Source of the DNA: a virus
Virus record (IMG/VR): IMGVR_UViG_3300045988_051359
Strand: one strand, 5' to 3'
Length of the DNA: 64,000 bases
The translations under genes and the position numbers were made by a program. The notes below the pieces were generated by a model, which was not told the DNA's origin, made no database searches, and saw only the letters and a program-made list of their open reading frames with translations. Position 1 is the first letter of the stretch; every line of letters begins with the position of its first letter. Shown here piece by piece: positions 22,243-32,968 of this stretch.

Positions 22243-23517
22243 TCAGAATCTAAATATCATTTTAGTTTCCTTGTTCTTCTTAGGAGTAAATTCTCTTCCT
22301 TCTAAGACATCTAGCAGATTAGAGCTGTCTATGGTTATGAAATCTTTACCACTAGTACTTTTACGAAACCATTCTTCTTCAACAGTTCCTTTAATTACAA
22401 AGGTAAATACTTCTGCCACTTTATTCTCTGCCTTCCTAATAACTCTGCCAATTCTTTGTGTCTTGGTAGTAGGACTAGAATCAAATCCAAGAATAACAGC
22501 TACAGACAATCCCGGAATGTCAGCACCTTCGTCCAACATTTTAGAGGTATTAAGCACTCCTACTTTAGCTTCCTTGAATTCCTCCAAGGTCATACGCCCT
22601 TTCTTCTTAGTTTCCTTACTAGATAACACTTTACCGTATCCAATCTTCTCCGCGACTTTAATTGTCTTACTAAACGTAATACATTTCTTGTCTTGACGGT
22701 GCTTCAATATTAAATCAGTAAGTTCTATCTTTTTAGGATGGTTATATATAAACTGTTTCCTTCCTTGCAGGGCTCTGTTAAACCCCATTGCATGTATTAG
22801 AATCTGTTTATTAATAGCCTTAAATTCGTCAGGTTTATTAGCATAATCAGGACACATTCTCTTAGCTAATTCAACGCGTTTCTGCCATTTAGAAACGCAT
22901 GCCATAGCTAAGGTAAAATCATGGTTAAAGAAAGAGAAATGATCATAAAACTCTCTATTTAGTTCTAGGTACTTGCTTAGATCATCTACTTCTATTAAGA
23001 CTTTGTACTCCCTATAAGGAGACAACCAGCCTCTGGCAGTAGCTTCACCAACATCTACTCTATCAACTACAGGACAATACTTCTTGATGTAACTGTCTTT
23101 ACCATCAAGCCTTTCCATAGTTGCTGTTAAACCTAGAATTATTTTATACTTAACTACTTCAAACACCTTTCCAAATAAATCGGAAGCGTATTTATGACAC
23201 TCATCAAGTATTAATAGATCACAATTCCATTCCTTTCTTACTACAGTATTAATGATAAGCACCTGATAAACTTTAGGTACTTTTTGCTCAGCTAAATCTG
23301 CTAACCATTGTCTTTGCAAAGCATCTGTAGGTACTACTATTATAACACTCTTTCCAGGATTCTTAGCCAAGAATCTCTTCATACACATAATGGCAGTTCT
23401 AGTCTTACCGAAACCGGTACAATAGACTAGACTTCCACATAATCTGTTATTAATCCATCGTTGAACACCTAAAGCTTGACGTTCACTTCTGGTAATATTT
23501 CCAAATAAGTCTGCCAT
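22243..23517 (-). CDS. SF2 DEAD/DEAH-like helicase
   Basis: Motif I 'TGFGKTRT', II 'LDECH', III 'LTAT', VI 'QRIGRVIR'. 424 aa. Confidence 0.75.
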   Translation of the reverse strand: MADLFGNITRSERQALGVQRWINNRLCGSLVYCTGFGKTRTAIMCMKRFLAKNPGKSVIIVVPTDALQRQWLADLAEQKVPKVYQVLIINTVVRKEWNCDLLILDECHKYASDLFGKVFEVVKYKIILGLTATMERLDGKDSYIKKYCPVVDRVDVGEATARGWLSPYREYKVLIEVDDLSKYLELNREFYDHFSFFNHDFTLAMACVSKWQKRVELAKRMCPDYANKPDEFKAINKQILIHAMGFNRALQGRKQFIYNHPKKIELTDLILKHRQDKKCITFSKTIKVAEKIGYGKVLSSKETKKKGRMTLEEFKEAKVGVLNTSKMLDEGADIPGLSVAVILGFDSSPTTKTQRIGRVIRKAENKVAEVFTFVIKGTVEEEWFRKSTSGKDFITIDSSNLLDVLEGREFTPKKNKETKMIFRF

Positions 23518-23668
23518 TTGTTATGTAAAGAGCTATTACACCTTAAATTAAATCATCTATCCCTTAAGTCTTGTGATATGACTATAATGAAATTAAATTA
23601 AGTAATGCATAGCTATTACATAATAATCTGGATTAATAACTGTCAACCAATTACAATTCAGATATAAT

Positions 23669-24496
23669 TTACAGAGTAAATCCTTTAGCATCACATACCA
23701 TTTTAATTTGTTCCTTACGAGTTTCCCATTGAGAGATGTGGAACTTAACTTCTTCAGCCAAAGAATAGAGTATTCTATTTCTGAGAACCTTAAGTTGGTC
23801 TGTAGTTAACTCTGTATATTTCTTACTCTTCAGATTAACCATAGCTCTTAATTGAGTATAATTCAATCCTTTGGGAGTAATATAGATAGGAGCGGTAGGT
23901 TTAAGACCTAATCTCTCTCTAGCCACTACAAGCTTGTCTCTCAGTTGACCATCAGAGTCTTTCTCTACTAAGTCCTTACTCTCTTGAGCAGTAAACCAGA
24001 GACCTTGCTTGAGAATGAATGTGAGTGTAATATGTTGCTTGTTGAACTTTCCCAGTCTGTCCAAACAACCTTCACGAACAAGTTCAGTAGGAATGTCTTT
24101 GAATTCCTCCGGACAATTATTCATGGTTCCGTCAATCGGATAATCCTTAGGGTCTATAGCATCCTTATTAATGTCTAGGAAAGATACTAGGGCCTCTAAG
24201 AATTTAAATCTAGGCAGATGTTGCTCTTGCTCTAGCCATCTTAAGAATAGCTCGGCATTACAACGCTGCTTCTGGTCATTAATAATGTCCAATAAAACAT
24301 AACGACCAGGATACTCCTTGCTAGTATTGTGAAGCATAGATTCACAATGGGCGTAGAAACTACGAAGTTCTTCCTCAGTACAATCAACCAAGCGCTTCTC
24401 CTCTTGTACTAATTCTCCATTAACTTCTTGTTTACGACCCTTCCATACGAAGGAGTTAATATTATTCATAGCAGCTGCCAATTTCTCTTTAAACAT
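23669..24496 (-). CDS. hypothetical protein
   Basis: 275 aa ORF. Confidence 0.5.
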   Translation of the reverse strand: MFKEKLAAAMNNINSFVWKGRKQEVNGELVQEEKRLVDCTEEELRSFYAHCESMLHNTSKEYPGRYVLLDIINDQKQRCNAELFLRWLEQEQHLPRFKFLEALVSFLDINKDAIDPKDYPIDGTMNNCPEEFKDIPTELVREGCLDRLGKFNKQHITLTFILKQGLWFTAQESKDLVEKDSDGQLRDKLVVARERLGLKPTAPIYITPKGLNYTQLRAMVNLKSKKYTELTTDQLKVLRNRILYSLAEEVKFHISQWETRKEQIKMVCDAKGFTL

Positions 24497-25296
24497 ACAG
24501 ATATATCATATTAATTTGATGTAATGGTCTAATCTCTTTAATTTAGATAATCTTTTACAGTATAATCTCACCTTCTGGTGACTTCTCGTAAATAAAAGTC
24601 TCAAAATAAAAGTCAGTATTCTTATAAGGAACTTGAATATTATTCTCAGAATCGTACCAAGTATCCTTACCAGCTACTACTTCCCTATATTTTAAGAATC
24701 CGATGTCCCCAACTACTAGGAATGGACTATCCCAATTGGGACATCGCGTACACGCTTTATATGCACCAGTTTTTAAGTCCTCAAACACATATTGAATATA
24801 GCCACCTACGTTCTCTTGTGCAGCTACAAGCCGCACACGTAAGGTCTCTATTATCATAGATATCTTGAGCCTACACGCATATCTTCAGGAATATTATCTT
24901 CTTCAAATGGAATTGCTTTCCATTCTAGATCGTCCGGATTCCATCCAAATGCTTCTGCATCTGCGTGGGCAATATCTCTACCTCTATCTAGAGCTTCTTG
25001 TTGTGTTTCGAATTCTTCTGTTTCTTGATAGGTAATATTACCCTTCAACCCTGCATAAATGTTGTACTCAGTCATTCTTCTGATTCGTTAGTGTTAATTT
25101 TACCATCTTTATAAGTTACACAACCGTATTTAGCGAAGTCACATACACTCTTCTCAATACCTCTGAAACAGGGATATTTAGCACATTCTTTACAGGTGCG
25201 CTCAGGATACTTGTATTTAACTCCATCTCTGTCTTTGTCACAGTCTTCGGATTGCTTCTTAGCCATGCGCCTCTGATTTAGTTGTGTCTTAGTAAA

Positions 25297-25710
25297 TTAC
25301 TTGAATAATAAGGCCATTATTACTCCTACAGTAACTACTCCTAGACTTGTTGATAAAGTGGTTAATCTTTTATTCTTCTTAGTTATTTTACGTAACTGCT
25401 CTTGCTGTGTTTGAATAGCCGTATCTTGTAACTTAATGTGCATATTAGCTCTTTCCAGTTGAAGTTTGCGTAGACTATCAGCTTTAGCCAAGTTTGCAGT
25501 TAGTAAGGCATAAGAATCTACTTGCTTTATAAGTTCTACCTTCTCAAGTTTTAACTTCTTATGCTCCAGGAATATAAGATTAGTCGACTTTAGCTGTTTA
25601 GGAGTTATAACTATTAATGAGTCATTTACCAACTTCGGATAGATATTCTGTGAAGAACACCACATCGTCGGCAATAGGCTGATTAGTAATATTAATAAAC
25701 TCCTTTTCAT
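25297..25710 (-). CDS. membrane/secreted coiled-coil protein
   Basis: N-terminal signal-like segment, central coiled coil, C-terminal TM. Overlaps the next gene. Confidence 0.4.
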   Translation of the reverse strand: MKRSLLILLISLLPTMWCSSQNIYPKLVNDSLIVITPKQLKSTNLIFLEHKKLKLEKVELIKQVDSYALLTANLAKADSLRKLQLERANMHIKLQDTAIQTQQEQLRKITKKNKRLTTLSTSLGVVTVGVIMALLFK

Positions 25711-25930
25711 ACGTATACTTTATAGTATCTATTTTACCGTTACTAGTAGCGATAACACCAAGAATACTATCGTTAGTATTTGCTAAATCTCTTATTTCCT
25801 TATTAAGCGAATCAATAGTCATCTCATATTTGTCAGTATCTGGCATTACTACAGGATCTTCCTTTAGTAATAAACCAACTACAACTATTATAATGGCTAT
25901 AGTAGCTCCTATTATAAATGGTTTACTCAT
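25622..25930 (-). CDS. small membrane protein (N-terminal TM)
   Basis: 'IIGATIAIIIVVVGLLL' TM helix. 102 aa. Confidence 0.4.
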   Translation of the reverse strand: MSKPFIIGATIAIIIVVVGLLLKEDPVVMPDTDKYEMTIDSLNKEIRDLANTNDSILGVIATSNGKIDTIKYTYEKEFINITNQPIADDVVFFTEYLSEVGK

Positions 25931-26448
25931 TGCAGATAGTAATGATTATACAAATCTACAATGTTATTCACTTTCTCTGGTGAGGCTGTGAGCAATGTAT
26001 CTAAGCATTCTCTTTCCTTATCATTCAGATTAAGTTCAACTTCTACCATTCGGGAATCTAATTCATATACTTCCTTTGCTGTATTATAACCAGCAATATA
26101 CTTCCCTGGGCATTGTTTAAAGAATGCAACTTCTTGATCTAAGAGTGCATTTACCACACCACGATTGATTAAACCTGAATCTGTACTGTAGAAAGCATGT
26201 TTGTTTCCTTTGCGAGCTTTACCTAAGGCAATTGTTTTACCTACTTCCTCGTTAAACTCATCTTCGGGGTTGCATATTGCAACTCCTATTGATAGTCTCT
26301 TTACGCCATCATGCTGAACTGCATTAGAATCACTATAATCAGTAATAACAGCATCTACTTCTTGTGATACTGCTGCCATAATGAATTTACGTTCAATGTT
26401 TGCGTAATCAGTAAAGGAATCAATTCTATATTCTACTCTCTCTTTCAT
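25927..26448 (-). CDS. hypothetical protein
   Basis: 173 aa ORF. Confidence 0.5.
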   Translation of the reverse strand: MKERVEYRIDSFTDYANIERKFIMAAVSQEVDAVITDYSDSNAVQHDGVKRLSIGVAICNPEDEFNEEVGKTIALGKARKGNKHAFYSTDSGLINRGVVNALLDQEVAFFKQCPGKYIAGYNTAKEVYELDSRMVEVELNLNDKERECLDTLLTASPEKVNNIVDLYNHYYLQ

Positions 26449-26511
26449 AAGATTAACTTTATAAGATAATAAGTCTTATCTCTTTAGATGGTCTAATCTT
26501 CTATTCAGATA

Positions 26512-27153
26512 TTATTTCCTACCTAAACCATTATAGAAGTCAAGTATGGCGTTCTCTTTACGAAGCCATGTAGCTTGTTCTCTAGCCATATCAAGAATAG
26601 TTCTACTAATGGACTCTTCTTCTACTTGCTCTTTAACTAGCATACCAGTATCTTCATCATCTCCATTTAGCCACTGGAATGTAGCCCAATCTCCTTCTTT
26701 CTGAGCCTGGTCCACAATCTTGTTGATACTCATAGTAGTTTCAATTTCCCTGTCTACCGTAGCAGCAAAAGGCATGATTCTATCCACTATATCCACTTTA
26801 ATAGGAGGAACTGGAGGGTACTGGAACAAGGCATCATTCTCGGTTAGATATTCAAATATCCACGAATGATGTAGGTACTCTTCTTTAGCTCTACCTCTCC
26901 AGTAGATGCCAAGTTTAGGAAGCCCTTCTACTTCAAAGTAATTAGCGAATGTCATATACAAAGCATGATTAGCTAGTTCAGCAGACATCTGCTTTACTAA
27001 CATTTCAATCATTACTGACGATAAAGGACATTTACGTCTTGTAGTATCAATAACTCTCTCAGTATATTTCATAGTAGGTTCTGCACCCACTGTCTGAACT
27101 CCATCACTTGTTACTTCTTGTATTGGATTTCCGTCTTTGTCTAGCTTTCTCAC
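26512..27153 (-). CDS. ferritin-like four-helix-bundle protein (putative)
   Basis: 'SAELANHALY...', 'AKEEYLHHSWIFEYL', 'DQAQKEGDW' resemble ferritin/Dps E..EExxH diiron helices. Confidence 0.35.
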   Translation of the reverse strand: MRKLDKDGNPIQEVTSDGVQTVGAEPTMKYTERVIDTTRRKCPLSSVMIEMLVKQMSAELANHALYMTFANYFEVEGLPKLGIYWRGRAKEEYLHHSWIFEYLTENDALFQYPPVPPIKVDIVDRIMPFAATVDREIETTMSINKIVDQAQKEGDWATFQWLNGDDEDTGMLVKEQVEEESISRTILDMAREQATWLRKENAILDFYNGLGRK

Positions 27154-27377
27154 TGTTAAATACTTTAAAGTTATTATTTCGCAAATAATCTAACGGCGCT
27201 CCTATCCAAGTAATGTACTTAGCACAGGTAATCTCTTTATCCATCTTGATGAACTGCGACTCTTTAACTTTTAAAGGTTTATCAGAAGAGAAGAATTTGG
27301 TACCTACACATTCTGCCCCATCCTTTCTAATGAGATATAATTGCACTTCATATAAAAAGGTGGGATATTCTGTTAGT

Positions 27378-27842
27378 TTAACGTCCCCAGAATGGTAGAT
27401 TATCTGGGCTGTACGTTTTACCATTCCAGGAATACTTTAGTACTTCCGATTTGGGCGTCTTATACTTCCCTAAAATATAAGGAATGTCAGACTGGATACA
27501 CTTATGACTAAACGTAGTCTTAGGTATAGGTTTCTTGGTCTTCGGGTTAAGCTTACCTGTAGTGAAATTACCACCCTTTACATAGACTACCAAAGTTCCA
27601 GGTATGTCTGTGGTTTTAACTGGCTCAGACCAATTGTAATTAGGAGCAGGAAATCTTCTAAATTTCTTCCACAGCTTACGCTCCTTTGGAGTTTTAGTCC
27701 AAACATTAGGGTCACGAGGTTTAACACTAGGCTGTCTTAGATGCTCAGCTACTAGGAAAGCATCATCATTCCAGTCTCTAATTCTAAGTCTCTTAACTCT
27801 GTCCTCTGGACTTTCCTTCTCCTTAAAAGTCTTCTTCTCCAT
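27378..27842 (-). CDS. basic hypothetical protein
   Basis: 154 aa, K/R-rich. Confidence 0.45.
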   Translation of the reverse strand: MEKKTFKEKESPEDRVKRLRIRDWNDDAFLVAEHLRQPSVKPRDPNVWTKTPKERKLWKKFRRFPAPNYNWSEPVKTTDIPGTLVVYVKGGNFTTGKLNPKTKKPIPKTTFSHKCIQSDIPYILGKYKTPKSEVLKYSWNGKTYSPDNLPFWGR

Positions 27843-27866
27843 TTTACTGATAAGATTAAATGTTAA

Positions 27867-28034
27867 TTACTTCGTATGAATAGTACCACAAGTATTACAC
27901 TTATAGATACCTTTCTCATAATCATACAGCGTGTGATTAGTAAGTCTACCACACCTAGTACAATTCATAACTTTTACGGATTCATATACTCTCCTTGACC
28001 TTTTCTTGGGAGTCACCCCTACAGTTGAAGTCAT
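27867..28034 (-). CDS. small Zn-ribbon protein (~55 aa, below ORF-track cutoff)
   Basis: Read manually: MTSTVGVTPKKRSRRVYESVKVMNCTRCGRL...KCNTCGT, with a CxxC...CxxC pattern. Coordinates approximate. Confidence 0.3.
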   Translation of the reverse strand: MTSTVGVTPKKRSRRVYESVKVMNCTRCGRLTNHTLYDYEKGIYKCNTCGTIHTK

Positions 28035-28546
28035 AGTTAAATACCTTTAGTCAGTTCTTCTAATCTCTGTATTGCTTCTCTATAATCTGCAATATAAGTT
28101 GCCAAAGACATGGGTTCTGGATGTTTCATTTCAACACGATAATTGGCAATAATCTTAAGACATGTAAGCAACGGCACCCCATACGCTGCTATCTTTAATT
28201 CTTGCCGTTCTCCTTCCTTGGATTTGACAGTTCTTAACACCGACAAATCCCAGAAGTGTGAACTATCACCTACAGATTCCATTCTGAAATCAGCTTCTTC
28301 TATTACCATCAACTTTGTAATGTTAATTTATAAATTAGTTAATCTCCATTTCCTTGAGTATCTTGTGAATTAGCCAAATAAATACAAACGGTGATATGAA
28401 TGGACACAGAGACATAGTATAAAACTCATCACTTAGAGATTCATAAAAGGTATCTGGGTCTTCACAGTGACTATTTATTAAGTAATCAGCCAATGTAGAC
28501 AATAGGAAAGATACTCCATACATTACCAATGCTATAATTACGACTG

Positions 28547-29014
28547 TCATTTCTCTCTGTTTAATATATTACAGAGTCTCTGTAAGTCTGCTATAATGGG
28601 GACTAACGTACCAGCACCTTTAACAAGGGCTGCTCTCTGGTCGGCTATTTTACTAGCGTATTCTAATTTAACTGCATTAACAGAATCATTATAACCCTTC
28701 TTCATAGAAGCTCTATTAGCTAGAAAGGTCGGAATGGTAATATATAAATGTAATAATGCATCCAGAGTTTTAGTGAGTTCCTTATAAGTCATAGCTTTAG
28801 TAACTCTGTCATATACAAATATATATGTGTCAACTCCATCTGGTATTATATTTACATATTTATCAGTCTCCGTACCCTTTCTCCCTACATGGTCAGAGAT
28901 TCTTATTACAGGCGGAAATCCTTCAATAGTAAAATATTCTGAGGTTCCTACATAATCAGTAGAAGTAAATCCCTTCCTCCTCAACCATGCTCTTAGCTTG
29001 CTCACCCCTCTCAT
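28547..29014 (-). CDS. hypothetical protein
   Basis: 155 aa ORF. Confidence 0.5.
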   Translation of the reverse strand: MRGVSKLRAWLRRKGFTSTDYVGTSEYFTIEGFPPVIRISDHVGRKGTETDKYVNIIPDGVDTYIFVYDRVTKAMTYKELTKTLDALLHLYITIPTFLANRASMKKGYNDSVNAVKLEYASKIADQRAALVKGAGTLVPIIADLQRLCNILNREK

Positions 29015-29472
29015 CTTGTTTATTATTCTTCAATGTCTTCAGAAATACCTGAGCACCAGTTAATGGACAGTACTCTAACCTACATTCGTTGTGCTCATCT
29101 CTAAAGTAGCAATGTTTACACGAAGTATTAGAATTAACTGGTTCAGCTATTTCAAAGTAACTACCATCCACCTCAATGATGTCTCCTGTACTTAAAACAG
29201 GTGATATGTAACCATCAACAAATTTAAATGTAATCATAATTAGATTCAAAAAATAAGGGTCAAACCCAGACAGCTATATAGGTTAGACCTTACCTCTGTT
29301 AAAGATAAAGCATAATCTAAATAAACTAATCTAAATTTGACCCAATACGGCAGTACAAGTATGCACTACTCGATAAATGCCGCTAATCGGCTAGGTTTCA
29401 TCGCACATAATTGCGATAATAGTAATATTTATTACTAGGTGTACTACATATTAGTAGTGAGAAGGAGACTAA

Positions 29473-29481
29473 CCCCCCCCC
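29473..29481. repeat. C9 homopolymer tract in an intergenic region (G9 on the coding strand)
   Basis: 'aacccccccccctcat' read directly. Confidence 0.9.
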
Positions 29482-29519
29482 TCATAGCAATTGGCTGGTA
29501 AATACCATGACCTGCTATG

Positions 29520-29873
29520 TTATTCGAAATAATCAGGAAATTTGTTTCGGAAGGCGTCATCAATTTTAAGTCCATCCAAATCCTCACAAACCGCCAGTTC
29601 CTCCAGAAGTGCGTCCTCTGAATCATCCACTGCACCATTATCGGAGTTAATCAATTCAATAAGAAGGTTTGCTTTCTGGGAAGTTAAATCAGTACCAATC
29701 CAGCTAACTATAACTTCTACAAAGAAATCATCGAACTCAAGAGAGGTACCTACATCAGAGGCAGCAATCTCATTCTTCTTATCGAATAACTCTTTGATAA
29801 CATCATCACTGATAGGTTCTTTAAATTTATCCCTAAGCACAGTGACCAATTGTGATTGTTCTTTATAGTTCAT
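29520..29873 (-). CDS. acidic hypothetical protein
   Basis: 117 aa ORF. Confidence 0.45.
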   Translation of the reverse strand: MNYKEQSQLVTVLRDKFKEPISDDVIKELFDKKNEIAASDVGTSLEFDDFFVEVIVSWIGTDLTSQKANLLIELINSDNGAVDDSEDALLEELAVCEDLDGLKIDDAFRNKFPDYFE

Positions 29874-30044
29874 ATGCGTATATGATAATTACAAATGCTA
29901 GCAACAGCTAACACGCACTTCGTAAGAAGTTATTACTACTACGTAATGATATAATTCAATAGTATTGAATTTCACGGCATTCGTAATGCCTAAAGTAGAC
30001 ATATCCTCTCATATACATCCACTAGTTATATTAGAATAAAGAAT

Positions 30045-30368
30045 TTACCTCTTCCAAGATATAAACAAGTAATTACCTACTAATCCGGGATAACCTTCCT
30101 TATTAATTACTTTTACAAAGAATTGCTTCTCCTCGTAATATTTAAGAATGTCATCAATAGATTTTAGTTCGTCATCGTTTAAATCCATTACTAAGCTAAA
30201 GTAATTATTCTCACTTTTAGCCTTAATAAAGCTGTCAGTAGTACTAATGAACCTCTTAAATATAATTTCTTGAGTTACTACTTCATTGTACGTTGCAACC
30301 GAATATGCTTCCTCCGCATTCATTGAACTTCCTTCTAACAGTTTACTGAAATCAAATAACTTTCTCAT
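30045..30368 (-). CDS. hypothetical protein
   Basis: 107 aa ORF. Confidence 0.45.
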   Translation of the reverse strand: MRKLFDFSKLLEGSSMNAEEAYSVATYNEVVTQEIIFKRFISTTDSFIKAKSENNYFSLVMDLNDDELKSIDDILKYYEEKQFFVKVINKEGYPGLVGNYLFISWKR

Positions 30369-30396
30369 AATCTAATTAATTTGAGCCTTCTTTTAG

Positions 30397-30470
30397 TGAC
30401 TTGAGTGGGACTCTAACCCACAACCTGCTCCTTAGGACGGAGATGCTCTATACTATTGAGCTATCAAGCC
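30397..30470 (-). tRNA. tRNA-Arg (anticodon CCT)
   Basis: Acceptor GGCTTGA/TCAAGTC, canonical D-arm GCTC..GAGC, anticodon loop GTCCTAA, T-arm GTGGG-TTAGAGT-CCCAC. Confidence 0.65.
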
Positions 30471-30477
30471 TTGACAG

Positions 30478-30927
30478 TTACATACTAATAGATCCGGTAT
30501 GTTTACCTCTTACTTTAACAGAGTTAGCAGTAATATCTCCCTCTACATCACCACCTACTTCGATGCTGTTAGCTTCTATACTACCTCCTACATTACCTTT
30601 AACTTCGACACTATTACCATGTACAGTAAGAGCGTTTCCGTCAATGTCACATGTATTACAGTTGAGTTCCTTTACATTACCAGTAAAACTGATATGTACG
30701 CTATCATTATTGACTTCAGATATTAATTTACCATTCACATAAATTCTATTCTTTATTTGTGATATGGTAATATCATCTTCATCAATATCAAACGATTCAT
30801 TATCAACAAACAGTTTATTCATGATTCTTCTTATCCAGTTCATAGTACTTAATAAGTTTATCAAACGCCTTAACTCTAGCATTATGTCCCTCCTCACTAT
30901 CAGGGGTCCACCAATAAGCTTTACCAT
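30478..30927 (-). CDS. beta-helix repeat protein (bactofilin-like)
   Basis: C-terminal periodic 'VHGNSVEVKGNVGGSIEANSIEVGGDVEGDITANSVKVRG' repeats. Confidence 0.4.
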   Translation of the reverse strand: MVKLIGGPLIVRRDIMLELRRLINLLSTMNWIRRIMNKLFVDNESFDIDEDDITISQIKNRIYVNGKLISEVNNDSVHISFTGNVKELNCNTCDIDGNALTVHGNSVEVKGNVGGSIEANSIEVGGDVEGDITANSVKVRGKHTGSISM

Positions 30928-31123
30928 ATCTATCTTTAGGAGCCTCTAGAAACTCTCTATTAAATTCCGGAATCATGGTAACTATATCACGATGGCTGTA
31001 AATAGTGATTCCACGTTCGGTTCCTGCCATAGCATGTTCTATACAGAAACACATTCCCCAATATTCAGGATGGGTTACAAATAATTCTTTAGCTCTTTTA
31101 AGAACACTTACAACATCTGTCAT
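30815..31123 (-). CDS. hypothetical protein
   Basis: 102 aa ORF. Confidence 0.45.
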   Translation of the reverse strand: MTDVVSVLKRAKELFVTHPEYWGMCFCIEHAMAGTERGITIYSHRDIVTMIPEFNREFLEAPKDRYGKAYWWTPDSEEGHNARVKAFDKLIKYYELDKKNHE

Positions 31124-31298
31124 TTCACTTTAGATTTAGTTAGTTGGCCAATCATTTGATTTCTAAAGCCCTCAACTTGATGGGGACATATATTAGTAAT
31201 CCATTCTTTAAAATATCTATGATATTTAGTGTGATTACTTTTATAGAACTCTCTTTCCAACCAGTTATACAATTCTCTTTCCATATTTATTAAATTAG

Positions 31299-31370
31299 TA
31301 GTCTTATTCAGAATCGAACTGAAACCTCCATATCCGTAGTATGGTATTCTATCCGTTAAACTATAAGACT
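31299..31370 (-). tRNA. tRNA-Arg (anticodon ACG)
   Basis: Perfect 7-bp acceptor AGTCTTA/TAAGACT, anticodon stem CCATA/TATGG with loop CTACGGA, T-arm TTCAG-TTCGATT-CTGAA. Confidence 0.8.
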
Positions 31371-31371
31371 A

Positions 31372-31400
31372 AAGAATAGAGGGTGTGGGCACACCCTCTA
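31372..31400 (-). terminator. rho-independent terminator-like hairpin
   Basis: 10-bp perfect stem TAGAGGGTGT/ACACCCTCTA followed on the minus strand by UUCUUU. Sits between gene 31407..31667 and tRNA-Arg(ACG). Confidence 0.55.
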
Positions 31401-31670
31401 TTATAATCATTCTATACCATAGTACATCAAGTATAATACTTGCTGCCTTAAACCGTATTTACGTGTAACAACGTTAGCATTAAACCTTCCAGTTATGGCC
31501 GCATTAATGCTCCTTTTCAATTTGTCGGCAGTAAATAACTTACCAGTGGTACCAATTAGTCCATTAGGTTCATTAGCACAAATAAAATCTACAGCTTCAA
31601 ATAACTGTTCTTTAGTCTCTGCACTATTTACCTTTTGCCACTTCTCTAATTCTTTCTCGGAATTCATAAC

Positions 31671-32045
31671 TTAAGACAATGCTTCAAGCTCTTTAGCCAG
31701 CTCTTCATAAGATTTACTCTCAAGTTCTGCATCTTGCTTCTTAGCCATGAGATCAAGAATCTTCTGACGCTTAGCTTTCTTCTCAGCAGCTACAGTGCGT
31801 TCTTCCTGTTCCTGTAACTTAACGTCAATAATGTGTTTTACAATATTGAATTTCAGTTCAAGTTCAGTGGTATCTTTAGTACGAGTCTTGATGAAACTTT
31901 CGGTTTGTGATTCCTTTAGCCTCTTACTAAGATTAATAGCAATAGGATCAAGTTGTTCCAGAGATAAATCCCACAAATCTTCAACAGATAATACTCCTCG
32001 ATTAGTGGAATAACGTAATTTTATTCTTGATGCTTTCTCAAACAT
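31671..32045 (-). CDS. hypothetical protein
   Basis: 124 aa ORF. Confidence 0.45.
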   Translation of the reverse strand: MFEKASRIKLRYSTNRGVLSVEDLWDLSLEQLDPIAINLSKRLKESQTESFIKTRTKDTTELELKFNIVKHIIDVKLQEQEERTVAAEKKAKRQKILDLMAKKQDAELESKSYEELAKELEALS

Positions 32046-32057
32046 AACACTTTCATT

Positions 32058-32471
32058 TTAAAAGTTAACTTTAATGGTTCTTGTAAAGCTGCCAGTAACT
32101 TTACAGATAACGCTATTGCGGATAGTAGATGAGAATCCTAAACCACTCAATTGATTATCAGAATAAGGAGCCTTCATCTTATTAGCTAACATCTCAAACG
32201 TCTTACGATCCTGAGATAGTTCACTCCTAAGATATTCGTTAAAGAATCCCCTTACTGGAGATGGATTCTTACATCCATCTAAGATGAAGAAATAGTGTTT
32301 ATTGCCTACTTCTGCACCGTTCCAATAATTTGGAGACAGAGTGAGTAACGATACCTTATAGAATTTGTTAGTAGACAAGTTCCACGTCTCTTTACCACTT
32401 GAGTTACTCGAAAGGACATCATGTATGACAATTCCCTTGGCTTTAGAATACTCAAATTTAGCTACTGTCAC
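32058..32471 (-). CDS. hypothetical protein
   Basis: 137 aa ORF. Confidence 0.45.
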   Translation of the reverse strand: MTVAKFEYSKAKGIVIHDVLSSNSSGKETWNLSTNKFYKVSLLTLSPNYWNGAEVGNKHYFFILDGCKNPSPVRGFFNEYLRSELSQDRKTFEMLANKMKAPYSDNQLSGLGFSSTIRNSVICKVTGSFTRTIKVNF

Positions 32472-32878
32472 TCTATCACGACCTCGAAGATCTGTTGTGT
32501 AGCTTTAGTAGCCAAGATTTCATCCAGATTATCCTCTGGTATATCACCTTTATAATACGACAGTGGCCCGGATACCAATCCATACTTAACATTCAGATTA
32601 ATAAAATCTTCCTCTTTGAGTATAATGCATCCAGGAAAGTTCTGTGAGAAGAAGTTATAGCATTTAAAAGTCTCTAAGTTATTCATATACTTCTCAGCAT
32701 CTGTAATAACTGAAGAGTGATCAAACCCTAGTAACTTAGCTTTCTCAGCTTTCTCAATTGCAACATGATTCATCTCTAAGCTTCTAGTTTGTTGCAACCA
32801 GTTTAAGCTAGCTAATATATAAGCTTGATGAATCTCTAGAGCTCCTATTTGGGGCCTAGTACCGATTTGTGTGTCCAT
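32468..32878 (-). CDS. hypothetical protein
   Basis: 136 aa ORF. Confidence 0.45.
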   Translation of the reverse strand: MDTQIGTRPQIGALEIHQAYILASLNWLQQTRSLEMNHVAIEKAEKAKLLGFDHSSVITDAEKYMNNLETFKCYNFFSQNFPGCIILKEEDFINLNVKYGLVSGPLSYYKGDIPEDNLDEILATKATQQIFEVVIE

Positions 32879-32968
32879 AATCTTTATGCTTTCTTTTTAA
32901 TAGAACCTGGTCTTGTAGTAGCCCTCTTGAATGTATCAGACTGCTTATCCCACCATGCTTGACGGTCT

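Noticed and set aside
26512-27153. Possible ThyX (flavin-dependent thymidylate synthase) call
   Set aside because: No RHRxxSxxxxS ThyX motif. Helix patterns fit a ferritin-like fold better, and this too remains tentative.
30401-30949. Plus-strand ORFs 30401..30742, 30499..30726, 30764..30949
   Set aside because: They overlap tRNA-Arg(CCT) and the minus-strand beta-helix gene, with low-complexity translations and the wrong strand for the locus.
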